Assembly: GCA_963778655.1 (NCBI GenBank)
Contig: CAVZVA010000010.1
Coordinates: 1,376,001 to 1,440,000 of the forward strand
Reading direction: 5' to 3'
Length of the DNA: 64,000 nt
From: an uncultured delta proteobacterium
GTDB taxonomy: Bacteria > Myxococcota_A > Polyangia > Polyangiales > JAFGIB01
In this document: positions 39,097 to 52,097 of the stretch, one piece after another
Layout of the letters: every line of letters starts with the position of its first letter
Numbering within the stretch: position 1 is the first letter of the stretch
Made by a program: the position numbers and the translations under genes
The notes under the pieces: model-generated
What the model was told of the DNA's origin: nothing
The model's database searches: none
Seen by the model: only the letters and a program-made list of their open reading frames with translations

Positions 39097-40311
39097 CTAG
39101 TCGCGTGACGGCAGCCCGAGCACGCGTTTTGCTATCACGTTGCGCTGGATTTCGGAGGTGCCGCCCTCGATCGTGCTGCCCTTGCCGCGCAGCCAGCCGC
39201 GCGTGGTGCCGAGCTCCTCCTGGCTGAAGAGCTCGCCTTCCCAGCCGAGCGCCTGATAGCCCATCACGCCCAGCATCAGCTCCGAGCGTCGCTTGCCGAG
39301 CTCGCTCATGTACAGCTTGAACATCGAGCTGGCGGCGTTGGGGCCGCCGCTGCGGGCCTCCTCGCCGGAGCGGCGCATGGTCAGCGTGAAGCAGAGCTGG
39401 TCGATCTCGAGGCGCGCGATCGCTTCGCGCAGCGCCGGCTCCGCCAGCTCACCCTGACTCGGGCCGAGGTAACGGCGCGCGCTCTCCGCGAGCGCCGAGG
39501 GGCCGCCGTTGTCGCGCTTGCGCGGCTCGCCCCCGCGGCGCCCGCCGAAGCCGAGCCCGGCGCCCATGCCCGAGAGCATGGTCCGCTCGTACTGCAGCAG
39601 GCGCTTGGCGATGGTCCAGCCGTCGTTTTCGCGTCCGATCAGGTTGTCGGCGCGCGCTTTGACGTTGTCGAAGAAGACCTCGCAGAACTGCGACTGGCCG
39701 CTGATCAGCCGGATCGGCTTGATGGTGACGCCCGGCGACTTGAGATCGAACAGGATGAAGCTGATGCCCTGGTGCTTGGGCGCGTCGGGGTCTGTGCGCA
39801 CCAGGCAGAACATCCAGTCGGACAGGTGCGCCATCGTGGTCCAGATCTTCTGGCCGTTGATCACGTAGCAGTCCCCGTCGCGCACCGCGCGGGTCTTGAG
39901 GCTCGCCAGGTCCGAGCCCGAGCTCGGCTCGCTGTAGCCCTGGCACCAGCGAATGTCGGCGCGCGCGATCTTGGGCAGGTGCTCGAGCTTCTGTTCGTGA
40001 TTGGCGAATTCGAGCAGCACCGGACCGAGCATCTGGGTGCCGAAGCTGAGCGCGGGGTTCATGCTGCCGATGCGCGCCAGCTCCTCGGCGATGACCGCGG
40101 CGTGCGCGGCGTCGAAGTCGCCCCCGCCGTAGATCTTGGGCCAGGCGGGTACAGTGTAGCCGCGCTCGGCCAGCGCGTGCGCCCAGTGCTTGACGTCCTC
40201 CGGCCCTGGGGCCGGCCGCGTCTGCCCCTGCTTCGGCGTCCGCAACGACGGCGGACAGTTGGCTTCGAGCCAGGAACGCGCTTGCTGCCGAAACTCCTCG
40301 AGCGAGCTCAT
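39097..40311 (-). CDS. acyl-CoA dehydrogenase, large subunit of a heteromeric pair
   Basis: WCQGYSEPSSGSDLASL, INGQKIWT, FCEVFFD, TIEGGTSEIQRNVIA. Confidence 0.93.
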   Translation of the reverse strand: MSSLEEFRQQARSWLEANCPPSLRTPKQGQTRPAPGPEDVKHWAHALAERGYTVPAWPKIYGGGDFDAAHAAVIAEELARIGSMNPALSFGTQMLGPVLLEFANHEQKLEHLPKIARADIRWCQGYSEPSSGSDLASLKTRAVRDGDCYVINGQKIWTTMAHLSDWMFCLVRTDPDAPKHQGISFILFDLKSPGVTIKPIRLISGQSQFCEVFFDNVKARADNLIGRENDGWTIAKRLLQYERTMLSGMGAGLGFGGRRGGEPRKRDNGGPSALAESARRYLGPSQGELAEPALREAIARLEIDQLCFTLTMRRSGEEARSGGPNAASSMFKLYMSELGKRRSELMLGVMGYQALGWEGELFSQEELGTTRGWLRGKGSTIEGGTSEIQRNVIAKRVLGLPSRD

Positions 40312-40677
40312 CAGGTCGTATCCCTTTCGGTGTCCAGCCGCGGGCGATGGCCGCGTGCCGGCACCCAGCGGCTCAGGCGTAGCAGGCCGCGCGACGCGAC
40401 GGAAGCCCCGGCTTTGAATTAACTACAAAACCAGGCATTTTCCGGAGATCCGCCGACTCTTCGTGCGGGCGGCCGAGGGCGGCCCAGCCGGCAAAGCGCA
40501 TGGCCACATAAGCACTCGATGTGCTCGTGTCTTCGCAGCAAGAAAAAATTGGCCACGCGCCAGAAAACTGTGACCTCATGCGCCGGCTTTCGGGCACAAT
40601 CCGCTGGCCGAGGGCTGGGCTCCGGCTAGATTGAGCAGGGCATTTTGGGTCTAGCTTTGGTCGAGAGGATGGTTGGG

Positions 40678-41334
40678 ATGAACAAGCGAACGTGGGGTGG
40701 CGCGCTGGTCGCGCTCGGGTTGGTGTGCGCGGGTTGCAGCAGCAGCAATCACAGTGCGATGGATGCGGGGCCCGATGGCGGCGGCGGGGCTGCCGGTCAG
40801 GATGCGGGCAAGCCCGATGCAAGCATGGCGACTGACTCTGGCACGACGATGACCGCGATGCCGGTTCCATGCGGCAGCAACATGTGCCAGCCGCCTGCAG
40901 GGCTGGGCGCGCTGGCCGGCGGGCTCGGCGGTGCGGCCGGTGGCCTCGGTGGTCTGGGCGGCGCGCTTCCGATGCCGGTGGCTTGCTGTCTGGACGATTC
41001 CGCGGGCACCTGCGGTCTGGCGCCGATGGCGGGTGCGACGTGTGAGAAGCCGGCCGTGCCCGACGACCGCTGCCCGGGTCCGGACCTGGGCGCGCTGGGC
41101 GCGCTGGCTGGCGGCATGATGGCCGGCTGCTGCACCGACGACGGTATGTGCGGCGTCGACGGCGCGACCTTCGGCAACGGCTGCGTGGAGAACTCCGCCG
41201 CGGCGTCGATGATCATGGCGGTGCCGCTCATCGGCAGCTTCATCATGATCCCGCCCCCGCGGCCCTGTGACGCGACTGGCGAAGACGGCGGGACTATGAT
41301 GATGTCGGGCGGCGACGTCGACGCCGGGAACTGA
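40678..41334 (+). CDS. Cys/Gly-rich hypothetical lipoprotein
   Basis: Lipobox CAGC; DAG linker; two CC..D..G.CG units, each preceded by a Gly-Leu-rich insert. Confidence 0.72.
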   Translation: MNKRTWGGALVALGLVCAGCSSSNHSAMDAGPDGGGGAAGQDAGKPDASMATDSGTTMTAMPVPCGSNMCQPPAGLGALAGGLGGAAGGLGGLGGALPMPVACCLDDSAGTCGLAPMAGATCEKPAVPDDRCPGPDLGALGALAGGMMAGCCTDDGMCGVDGATFGNGCVENSAAASMIMAVPLIGSFIMIPPPRPCDATGEDGGTMMMSGGDVDAGN

Positions 41335-41337
41335 GCT

Positions 41338-43299
41338 TCACTCGGCGGGTTGCGGGCTGCTGCCGTCCCGGCGGCCCGCGGCCAGCGGCCAGACCGCGCT
41401 GCCGATCAGGAACAGCAGCACCACGGCTTGAGCGCCCAGGCTCTCGGCGCTGGGATGGATGCCGAGCCAGGGCAGCTCGGGGAAGCGCAGCTCGGTCACG
41501 CCGAGCACGCCGGCTTCCTGCAGCGAGTGCACGCCGTTGCCCGTGAGCGCGAACACCAGCAGCGCGAGCAGCGCGCTCGAGGCCAGCATGAACGGCCGCG
41601 GGCGCAGGCGCTGGCCCACGCGCTTGAGCACGAGTGAGACCAGCACCAGCGCGCCGAGCCCGAGCCCCGCGCCCAGCCACACGCGGTTCTGGCTCTCGCC
41701 GGCGTCGAGCAGCAGCGCCTTGAAGAACAGCACGATCTCGAACGCCTCGCGGTAAGCCGCCAGAAACGACAGCCCGAGGATGCCCAGCGCGGCGCTGCGG
41801 CTCGCGGTGGCCTTGCCCAGACCCCGCGCCACGAAGCCCATGAAGCGGCGCGAGGTGATCTGCCCGAGCAGCCAGTGGGTGACGCCCAGCAGCACCGTGG
41901 CCGCGACCAGCGTGGCGATGCCTTCGGCCAGCTCGCGCTGCAGGCCCGAGAGCAGCTCGCCGAGCAGCCACCAGGTGAGCAGCCCGCAGCCGGCCGCGAG
42001 CACCCAGCCGGCGTGGACGTACCTGGCCAGCTGCGGCGCGCCGCGCTTGCGTACCAGCGCGAGCAGCGCGCCGATCAACAGCGCGATTTCGAGGCCCTCG
42101 CGCAGCGCGATGGTGAGCGCCCCCCAGAATGCAGTGGTGGCGCTGGCGCCGCCCTCCGCCCGGGCGAGCAGCGTCTCCACGTGCGCCGCCAGCGCGTCCA
42201 CCCGGCGCGGCTCGGCGCCCCTGGCAACCGCCGAACGCAACGCCAACATGGCGCGCTCGACCTCTTGCACCAGCGCGCGGTCGTGCGCCGCGATCGCGGC
42301 CTCGTGCGGCTCGAAGCCGTCGAGGTACGCGGCCACCAGCTCGCGGCGCGCAGTGGCGCGATCGCCCGCGCGGTACGCCACAAGGCCCGCGTGCAGCAGC
42401 TGGCGCGTGCGCGACAGGCGCGTGCCTGCGACGGCCGCGGCGCGCTCGAACGGGGCTCCGGCGCGCAGGTAGGCCAGCGCCTGCTCGCGCGCCTGTGCGT
42501 TCGGCAGGCTGCCGAGCGCATGCAGGATGTCCTCGTCGGTCAGCGCCGCAAGCCCGGCGGCTGAGGTGGGGAGCTCCGCGCCCGAACGTGCCAGCCAGTG
42601 TTTGCCCGCGTCGAGGTCCTCGTGGCGGTGGCGCAGAGACAGCACGTAGAACGCGAGGCTCCAGCGCTGCGCTTCGCTCAGCTGCGGGTAGGGCCGCATG
42701 GCGGTGCCGGGTACGCCGAAGGTGATGGCGTGGAAGGCGCGGTGCGCCGAGACCGCGGCCATCCGCGCCGGATCGAGGAAGTCGGCCGGCCGCGGGGAGA
42801 GCTTGCGCGCGGCTTCGGTGTCGGCACTGCCGTCGGCCCCGTGGCAGCTGGTGCAGCCTTGCTGCGCGAACAGTGCGACCGCTTCGGTGCGCGAGGGTGT
42901 GGTCTGCGGGCTCAGCGTGACGCCGTGCTCCCGTACGATCAGGTCGCGTGCCTCGCGGCACAGCGCCGCCACCTCGCTGGGGGGCCGGCGATCCTGCAAG
43001 GCCTGGCGCAACGCGTTCAGCCGCGCGCGCAACGCGTCCCTCGGGCCGAGACCGGCCTGGCTCCCCAGCGCCGTCGCCTCCTCGGCCAGCGAGCGCTGCT
43101 CGGCGTATTCGCCGGGGTCGCGTACCTGGCCAGCCGCAGAAACCGCCTGAGGGTAGTCCCCCGCGATGTACTCGAGGATGCCGGCGACCTGCTGCAGGGC
43201 CGAGTCTGAGGCCGGCGGGGCCGCGGCGACCCCAAGCGTGCTGCCAAGAACTACCAACCCAGCGAAACCAGACGCAATTCCAGGCCACGACCGCAACAT
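41338..43299 (-). CDS. cytochrome c / FTR1-family iron permease fusion
   Basis: CTSCH haem motif; REGLE and REAFE (RExxE) motifs in a multi-TM C-terminus. Confidence 0.9.
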   Translation of the reverse strand: MLRSWPGIASGFAGLVVLGSTLGVAAAPPASDSALQQVAGILEYIAGDYPQAVSAAGQVRDPGEYAEQRSLAEEATALGSQAGLGPRDALRARLNALRQALQDRRPPSEVAALCREARDLIVREHGVTLSPQTTPSRTEAVALFAQQGCTSCHGADGSADTEAARKLSPRPADFLDPARMAAVSAHRAFHAITFGVPGTAMRPYPQLSEAQRWSLAFYVLSLRHRHEDLDAGKHWLARSGAELPTSAAGLAALTDEDILHALGSLPNAQAREQALAYLRAGAPFERAAAVAGTRLSRTRQLLHAGLVAYRAGDRATARRELVAAYLDGFEPHEAAIAAHDRALVQEVERAMLALRSAVARGAEPRRVDALAAHVETLLARAEGGASATTAFWGALTIALREGLEIALLIGALLALVRKRGAPQLARYVHAGWVLAAGCGLLTWWLLGELLSGLQRELAEGIATLVAATVLLGVTHWLLGQITSRRFMGFVARGLGKATASRSAALGILGLSFLAAYREAFEIVLFFKALLLDAGESQNRVWLGAGLGLGALVLVSLVLKRVGQRLRPRPFMLASSALLALLVFALTGNGVHSLQEAGVLGVTELRFPELPWLGIHPSAESLGAQAVVLLFLIGSAVWPLAAGRRDGSSPQPAE

Positions 43300-43317
43300 C
43301 GCGAGTGTCCTATCGCA

Positions 43318-43336
43318 AATGAAAATCGCTTTCAAT
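43318..43336. promoter_or_regulatory. Fur box candidate
   Basis: AATGAAAATCGCTTTCAAT, an imperfect palindrome about 19 bp upstream of the iron permease start, with fur adjacent. Confidence 0.7.
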
Positions 43337-43564
43337 AGCTTCCTGACAATGTGGCGACCCGCAGAGGGCTGCGCAAGCCGGGAAGGGGGCTTTTTGGATG
43401 CAACAGAAGGCGAGGTGACGGGGAAGGAGGGGTGGCTCTGGCTTTGCGGGGGGACGCCAGGCGTCCAACGGGCCCGCACGCCGCAGCGGGCCGCCCGGCG
43501 GTCCGACGGGGGCGGCGCGGAGGAGCGCGACTACGAGGACCAGGACCACGAAGAAACGGGGGGG

Positions 43565-44017
43565 TCAGTGCTGGCAGCGGTCGCAGAGGCCGTAGAGCTC
43601 GTGCTTGTGGCTGACCAACTTGAAGCCGTGGCGGCGGGCCAGGGCTTCCTGCAGGCGCTCGATCTCGCTGTCCTCGAACTCGACGATGCGCTTGCACTGC
43701 AGGCAGATCAGGTGGTCGTGGTGGCTGTCGTGATAGGCGACCTCAAAGCGCGTCACGGTGTCCTCGAACTGGCGTTCGTTGGCCAGCCCGCACTCAACCA
43801 GCAGCTTGAGCGTGCGGTACACCGTGGCGTAGCCGACCTTGGGGTCGCGCTTGCGAACCAGGCCGAGCAAGTCGTCGATCGACAGGTGTCCGCCCGTGCG
43901 GAAGAAGATCTCGCTGACCAGGCGCCGCTGCGTGGTGGAGCGCAGCCCCTTGCGCTCCATATAGGCGCTGAGCTGGTCCTGAAGGACTTCGATCGTCTGA
44001 TCGGTCGCCTGCGCCAT
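43565..44017 (-). CDS. fur: Fur family transcriptional regulator
   Basis: GLRSTTQR, VGYATVYRTL, HHDHLICLQC, YGLCDRC. Confidence 0.92.
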   Translation of the reverse strand: MAQATDQTIEVLQDQLSAYMERKGLRSTTQRRLVSEIFFRTGGHLSIDDLLGLVRKRDPKVGYATVYRTLKLLVECGLANERQFEDTVTRFEVAYHDSHHDHLICLQCKRIVEFEDSEIERLQEALARRHGFKLVSHKHELYGLCDRCQH

Positions 44018-44067
44018 AGGTCCCGCGCCCCCCGACCTCCAACAAGACATAAGGTAGCATTCGATTC

Positions 44068-45636
44068 ATGTCGAGAGGGGCGCCGCCGCGGCCTGCTTCC
44101 GCGCTCTCCCGGCTCGCGGATCTCGGGGCGAAGCTCCTGCTCCCGGCGGGCGCCGCGCTGACCCTGCTGGTGGTGGTGCGCGACTCGGCGCGGAGCATCG
44201 ACCACGACCTGCAGCTGGTGGCCCCCGCCCGCGCCCGCGCCGGCGACACCCTGCCGGTGCGCGGCCTGCTCTACGCCGGGCTGCAGCGCGCGGCCGGCCC
44301 GCAACTGGCTACCGCAGAGGTCGCGCTCGAGCTGCGCGCGGCCGGCGGGCGTGTGCTCGCGCGCGCGCCGCTGCGCGCCTCGTTCGCGCAAAGCATGGAC
44401 GCTTTGTTGGTGCTGCCCGCGGGCTATGCGGGCCGCGCCCAGCTGCGCGCGCGCGCCGAGATCGACGGCGACCACGTGCTGGTGGCGCGCGCGCTGCAGC
44501 TCGACCCGGCCGGCGCCGCCGCGCCCCCGGCGCCGCCGCCGGGCGAGCGCCCGCTGCCGCCGCTACAGCGCCTGGTCGCCGGCCCGGTGCGCGCGGCCGG
44601 CGCGGATGCCCAGCCGCCGGGCGTGCTCGCGCTCGCGATCGAGGGCGGCGCCTGCGTCCCCGAACGGCCCTGCCGCGCGTTCCTGCACGTGGGCGCGCCC
44701 GCCGCTGCCGTGCGGGTGCTGGCGACCCCGTCGGTGACGCCCGCGCCGGCGAGCGCGCGGCCCTCGGCCGAGACCAGCGGCGTTTTGGGGCTGGGCTTCA
44801 CCACCCACGGGCCGGAGGCCGAGCTGCAGCTCGAGGCCACGCGCGCCGGCGTCGTGGTCGCGAGCCGCGCCTATCGACTGGCGGTCGCGCTCGGCGCGGT
44901 CGCCGCGCGCGAGCTGCCTGCGCTGATCGCGGCGCCCGCGCGGCCGCCGCTGGGGCTGCTCGGCGACGAGCGTGGTTGCATTGTGGACGGGTTTCTGCAG
45001 GACCGCTGGCTACGTACTGGCGCGCTGCGCGCGTGCGACGGCCACGAGCCGTTGCCGTTTGCCGCGCTGCAGCCCGGGCTGTGGCGGCTGCAGCTGCGGC
45101 GCGACCCGTTCGCCGCGCAGAGCGCCGCGGTGCGCAGCCTGTACGTGACGCGCGCCGGCCAACGCCCCGACGACGTGCTGGTGCAGCTGGCCGCGGCCGT
45201 GCTCGCGCGCGCGCCCGACGATGCGCTGGCCCGCGCGGTGAGCGCCGACCCTGGCGCGCACGCTGGCGCGCAACTCGACCCGACTGCGCACTATCTACTC
45301 TCGCGGCTGGATGCCGGTATCGTCGCCTTGCCGCCCGCCGCCTCGAGCTACCCGGCCGCGCGCGCGCGGCTCGCGATCGAGCGCACGCGACTGCGCAAGC
45401 TGTCATTGCTGGCGCTGGCGCTGTGCGCCTTCACGCTCGGGCTGCTGGTCGCGCAGCGCGGCCTGCGCGCGGTCTCCCAGGCCGGGCGGCTGATGGCCGA
45501 GGCGGGGCAAGATGCCCGCGAGCTCGAGCACCAGCGCCTGCGCCGGGTGCTGCGCGTGATGGCCACGGTCACCAGCCTGTTGCTGGCCTTCGTCGCCATC
45601 GCCGTGTACATGGTCGCGCGCAGCCACGGGCCTTGA
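44068..45636 (+). CDS. hypothetical membrane protein
   Basis: N-terminal TM, extracytoplasmic region, two C-terminal TMs; fills the gap between fur and secA. Confidence 0.65.
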   Translation: MSRGAPPRPASALSRLADLGAKLLLPAGAALTLLVVVRDSARSIDHDLQLVAPARARAGDTLPVRGLLYAGLQRAAGPQLATAEVALELRAAGGRVLARAPLRASFAQSMDALLVLPAGYAGRAQLRARAEIDGDHVLVARALQLDPAGAAAPPAPPPGERPLPPLQRLVAGPVRAAGADAQPPGVLALAIEGGACVPERPCRAFLHVGAPAAAVRVLATPSVTPAPASARPSAETSGVLGLGFTTHGPEAELQLEATRAGVVVASRAYRLAVALGAVAARELPALIAAPARPPLGLLGDERGCIVDGFLQDRWLRTGALRACDGHEPLPFAALQPGLWRLQLRRDPFAAQSAAVRSLYVTRAGQRPDDVLVQLAAAVLARAPDDALARAVSADPGAHAGAQLDPTAHYLLSRLDAGIVALPPAASSYPAARARLAIERTRLRKLSLLALALCAFTLGLLVAQRGLRAVSQAGRLMAEAGQDARELEHQRLRRVLRVMATVTSLLLAFVAIAVYMVARSHGP

Positions 45637-45774
45637 AGCGCAGGCGAGGCCGAGTCCTTGCAGGTTCGCGGGCTTGTCCCAAGCTTGGGAGCGGAGGCTT
45701 GCGCGGCCCGGAGTGCATGCTTAGGCTGCACCGGATCTTCAACCCTTCACCCGGCCGCCTCGGACGCGCTTCGC

Positions 45775-48975
<3,201 letters not shown>

Positions 48976-49158
48976 GCCGCGCCGCGCGCGACCGTGACGG
49001 GCGGTGCGTCCTCGCGGAGCACGGCCTCGCTTCGGCTCCGGAACGCTCCCGTTCAACGACGTGGGGAGAGTCTCTGCGCGCGCACTGGGATGGCCTGGCC
49101 GCGGCCGATGAACGGCGGCGCGGAGCGCCCCAGTGGGGCAGCAAGCCGCTTCGCGGCT

Positions 49159-50523
49159 TCACACGTATTCGTCGCGTAGGGTGCGCGCGGCCAGCAGGAA
49201 GTGCAGGGCCGCCCAGATGTTGAGGGACACCAGCACGCGTAGCGCCCAGACCAAACCGTTGGCGGTGGCCTGGACATCGGTCATGCCTTGCGCCAGCAGA
49301 TGCGCGCGGAAGAAGTCGCTCAGCACGCCTGCCGTGAGCGGTCCAAGGCCGAGGCCGATGAGATTGACGATGAACAGCAACAGAGCGGAGCCGACCGCGC
49401 GCTCGTGCGCCGAGACCAGGCGATTGGCAGACGCGAAGGTCGGCCCGAGGTACATCGAGCCCAGCGCGATCGTGACCAGGATCAACCCCATCACGACCCG
49501 TGCGTCCGTGGCCGCGTACACCGCCAGCGAGAGCGGCGTGTTCAACACGACCGCGATGCTCGGGATCCAGAGCTGAAAGCGGGCATCGTTGCGACGATTG
49601 GTCATGCGGTCGGCGAGTCGGCCTCCGAACGTCGTACCGATGAGCCCGCCGATGGCGGTCACAACCCCGAGGCGCAGCCCGACTTGCATCAGGCTCATGC
49701 CGTGGCTGCGCATCAGGAACGCAGGATAGAACGCGCCCACGCCGTAGCCGACGAATGCGTGCAGCGCGGCGGCCATCGAGAGATGGCGGAACGAGCGCTT
49801 CGCCCAGATTCTGGCCATCACGCGACCCATCGGCGGAGCGGACGTCACCGCGCTGGGGGAAGCGACGTCGGAGAGCCCGCGGGGCGGCTCGCGCAGCGAG
49901 AGCTTGGTGACCAGCGCAAGCACGACGCCGGGCAAGCCCACGACGAAGAACGCCGCCCGCCATCCGTGGCGCTGTGCGATCCCACCGCTGACGACCAGGC
50001 CGAGGAACACGCCGCCGTAAATGCCCGCCGAGTAGGTGGCCAAGGCGGTGGTGCGGCGCTTGGGCTCGAAGTAGTCGCTGATCAAGGAATACGCCGAGGG
50101 ACTGCAGCCGGCTTCGCCGATGCCGACCGCGATGCGCGTGACGAACAGGTGAAGGAAGCTGCGCGCGAGGCCGGTCGCGGCGGTACACAGGCTCCAGAGC
50201 AGCAGCGAAATCGAGATGATGTTGACGCGACTGCCGCGGTCCGCGAGGCGTGCGATCGGAATGCCGAGGGTGGAGTACAGCACCGCGAACGCGAGCCCGC
50301 CGAGCAGGCCCATCTGCGAGTCCGAAAGCCCGAACTCGAGCTTGATTGGCTGCACCAGGATCGAAAGGATCGAGCGATCGACGAAGTTGAAGACGTAGAT
50401 CAGGAACAACAGCCACAACACGTACTGGCGATAGCGCTCGCGAACTTCGAACCCGCCGGCGGGGAGCGGTTGCTCCGCGTTCGTTAGAGGCCGCTCCTCG
50501 GTCGAGGCGTCGGTCATCCGCAT
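49159..50523 (-). CDS. MFS transporter, spinster-like
   Basis: FNFVDRSIL, GIPIARLADR, VGIGEAG, SLISDYF, GWRAAFFVVGLPG, REPPRG. Confidence 0.9.
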   Translation of the reverse strand: MRMTDASTEERPLTNAEQPLPAGGFEVRERYRQYVLWLLFLIYVFNFVDRSILSILVQPIKLEFGLSDSQMGLLGGLAFAVLYSTLGIPIARLADRGSRVNIISISLLLWSLCTAATGLARSFLHLFVTRIAVGIGEAGCSPSAYSLISDYFEPKRRTTALATYSAGIYGGVFLGLVVSGGIAQRHGWRAAFFVVGLPGVVLALVTKLSLREPPRGLSDVASPSAVTSAPPMGRVMARIWAKRSFRHLSMAAALHAFVGYGVGAFYPAFLMRSHGMSLMQVGLRLGVVTAIGGLIGTTFGGRLADRMTNRRNDARFQLWIPSIAVVLNTPLSLAVYAATDARVVMGLILVTIALGSMYLGPTFASANRLVSAHERAVGSALLLFIVNLIGLGLGPLTAGVLSDFFRAHLLAQGMTDVQATANGLVWALRVLVSLNIWAALHFLLAARTLRDEYV

Positions 50524-50759
50524 CCCTCCGCCCCTACTGTTCTCAAAAACGAGCAAATTGCATCAGCGCGAGTGACCAATCTTCACCGGTCGACCCGCCT
50601 GGCGGCCCTCGAATGTTCCCAAATGCGGAGTGCGTCGCCGCGATCGCCCTGTGGAAGCGCCTCCGGGGACCTCAAATGCCACCACCATCGAGGTGGCCAG
50701 AGCACCGAACATATTGAAACGTGCGGTGTCGCAGGCCGCTCCAGCCGCGACGAGAGTCT

Positions 50760-51080
50760 GGCTTGGGGAGAGCAGCACGAGACCGACCGCAAAGCCCGCG
50801 CCTTTGCCGAAGCGCTCAGCGAGCGCGATCGATAGAATGACGTAGACGACGAGGCTGACCACAGCGATCAGCATCAGCACGATCGACCACACCGTTTTCC
50901 AACGATCTCGAGAAACACCACCGCGTTGCAGATCGGGGCGATCGCCGCCCAACCCGGTTTGCCAGGCTTGGTGAAGAGCTTCCAGCCGGCAACGCTCATC
51001 ACCACCACCAGCGCCAGCTCGACCAGCACCACGAATAGCCCAACCGCGCCCGCTGCTTGATCACCATGCAGGGAGCCCAT
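50760..51080 (-). pseudogene. frameshifted DUF5684-like small membrane protein
   Basis: WKLFTKPGKPGWAAIAPICN...EIVGK is in one frame; WSIVLMLIAVVSLVV...LAERFGKGAGFAVGL continues in another. The shift is near 50890. Confidence 0.7.
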
Positions 51081-51343
51081 CCTCGATCTGCATCGGCGCT
51101 GAATTCAACCGGCGCGATCGCCGGCGCATGCCGATGACAGCCTGAGTTTGGATCGGCGCTCGCGATTCTGGACCGCCTCCCGCAGCGTTCAGAGGTGCGG
51201 TGTTCGCCGCCGATCTGCGGGCGTCGATGACATGCACGACACGCCGCCGGCTTGCGGCGGCCGCGCTCGATGACCGCCGCGGTGCCCGCCGATTTTTTGA
51301 CCGGCGGCGGCGCGTGCCTGACAACGGGCGGGCGGAGGTGCGC

Positions 51344-51946
51344 ATGAGCGGCACGGCTCGGGTCACGGACGAGGTCAGCTTCTGGCGCAAGCGCGGCGAG
51401 CTCAGGCAGGCGGTGCGGGTGGTGCGCACCCGCAAGCCCGAGCGGTTGCGCTGGCGCGCTGCCCTCGCCACCGTCAGCGAGGCTGCGGCCCCGCTGCGCG
51501 GGCTGCGGCGCGCGCAGGTCGAGGAGCCCGTGCGCGAGCTGGTGCTCGATCTGTACGACCGCATTCTGCGGCGCGAGGCCGTGCTCGATGCGCGCCGCTA
51601 TGGCGTCGACCTCGATCGCGGCGAGGTGCTGCCCGCCCGTACCCGCTGGGATCTCAAGCGCACCGCGTTCCTCACCGGCGTCGATCACGAGGTACTGGCG
51701 CACTATCTGAAGCTGCCTGACGACTTCGGCCGGCCCATCGACACCGCGGGCGCGGTGGTGGTCTCGCGCGCGCTCGCCGGCGCCCACAAGCAGCGTGCCG
51801 AACGCTTGCTGCAACGCGTGGGCGATCCGAATCAGCGCATGCTCGCGCGCCACGAGCAGATCATGCTCGAGCGCGCCGATTACGAGCGCGACCTGGCCCG
51901 CCGCTGGGCCGCCCTCTCCAAGACCCTGGTGCAGGGCTCGCGCTGA
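51344..51946 (+). CDS. hypothetical helical protein
   Basis: RBS GGAGG before ATG 51344; strongly G/C-ending codons; no family recognised. Confidence 0.65.
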   Translation: MSGTARVTDEVSFWRKRGELRQAVRVVRTRKPERLRWRAALATVSEAAAPLRGLRRAQVEEPVRELVLDLYDRILRREAVLDARRYGVDLDRGEVLPARTRWDLKRTAFLTGVDHEVLAHYLKLPDDFGRPIDTAGAVVVSRALAGAHKQRAERLLQRVGDPNQRMLARHEQIMLERADYERDLARRWAALSKTLVQGSR

Positions 51947-52072
51947 GCCAGCCGGCCCTCGATCCATCGTAGTGGCAGCCGATCGGCGGTTCGAGCACGC
52001 GCGCGGCTACGTAACGAGGAAGCGCAACGACCCGCGCGGGAGGGTGGGGCCCCGACAGCTTCGCCGGCGGGG

Positions 52073-52096
52073 CGGGAGGGTCGCGAGACCCTTCCG
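52073..52096. repeat. dispersed palindromic hairpin (REP-like), copy 3
   Basis: CGGGAGGGTC-GCGA-GACCCTTCCG between convergent genes. It is preceded by GGGAGGGTGGG, as in the 97-bp unit. Confidence 0.65.
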
Positions 52097-52097
52097 G

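Noticed and set aside
43310..43549. 79-aa ORF between fur and the permease
   Set aside because: It runs through the Fur box and has no recognisable features.
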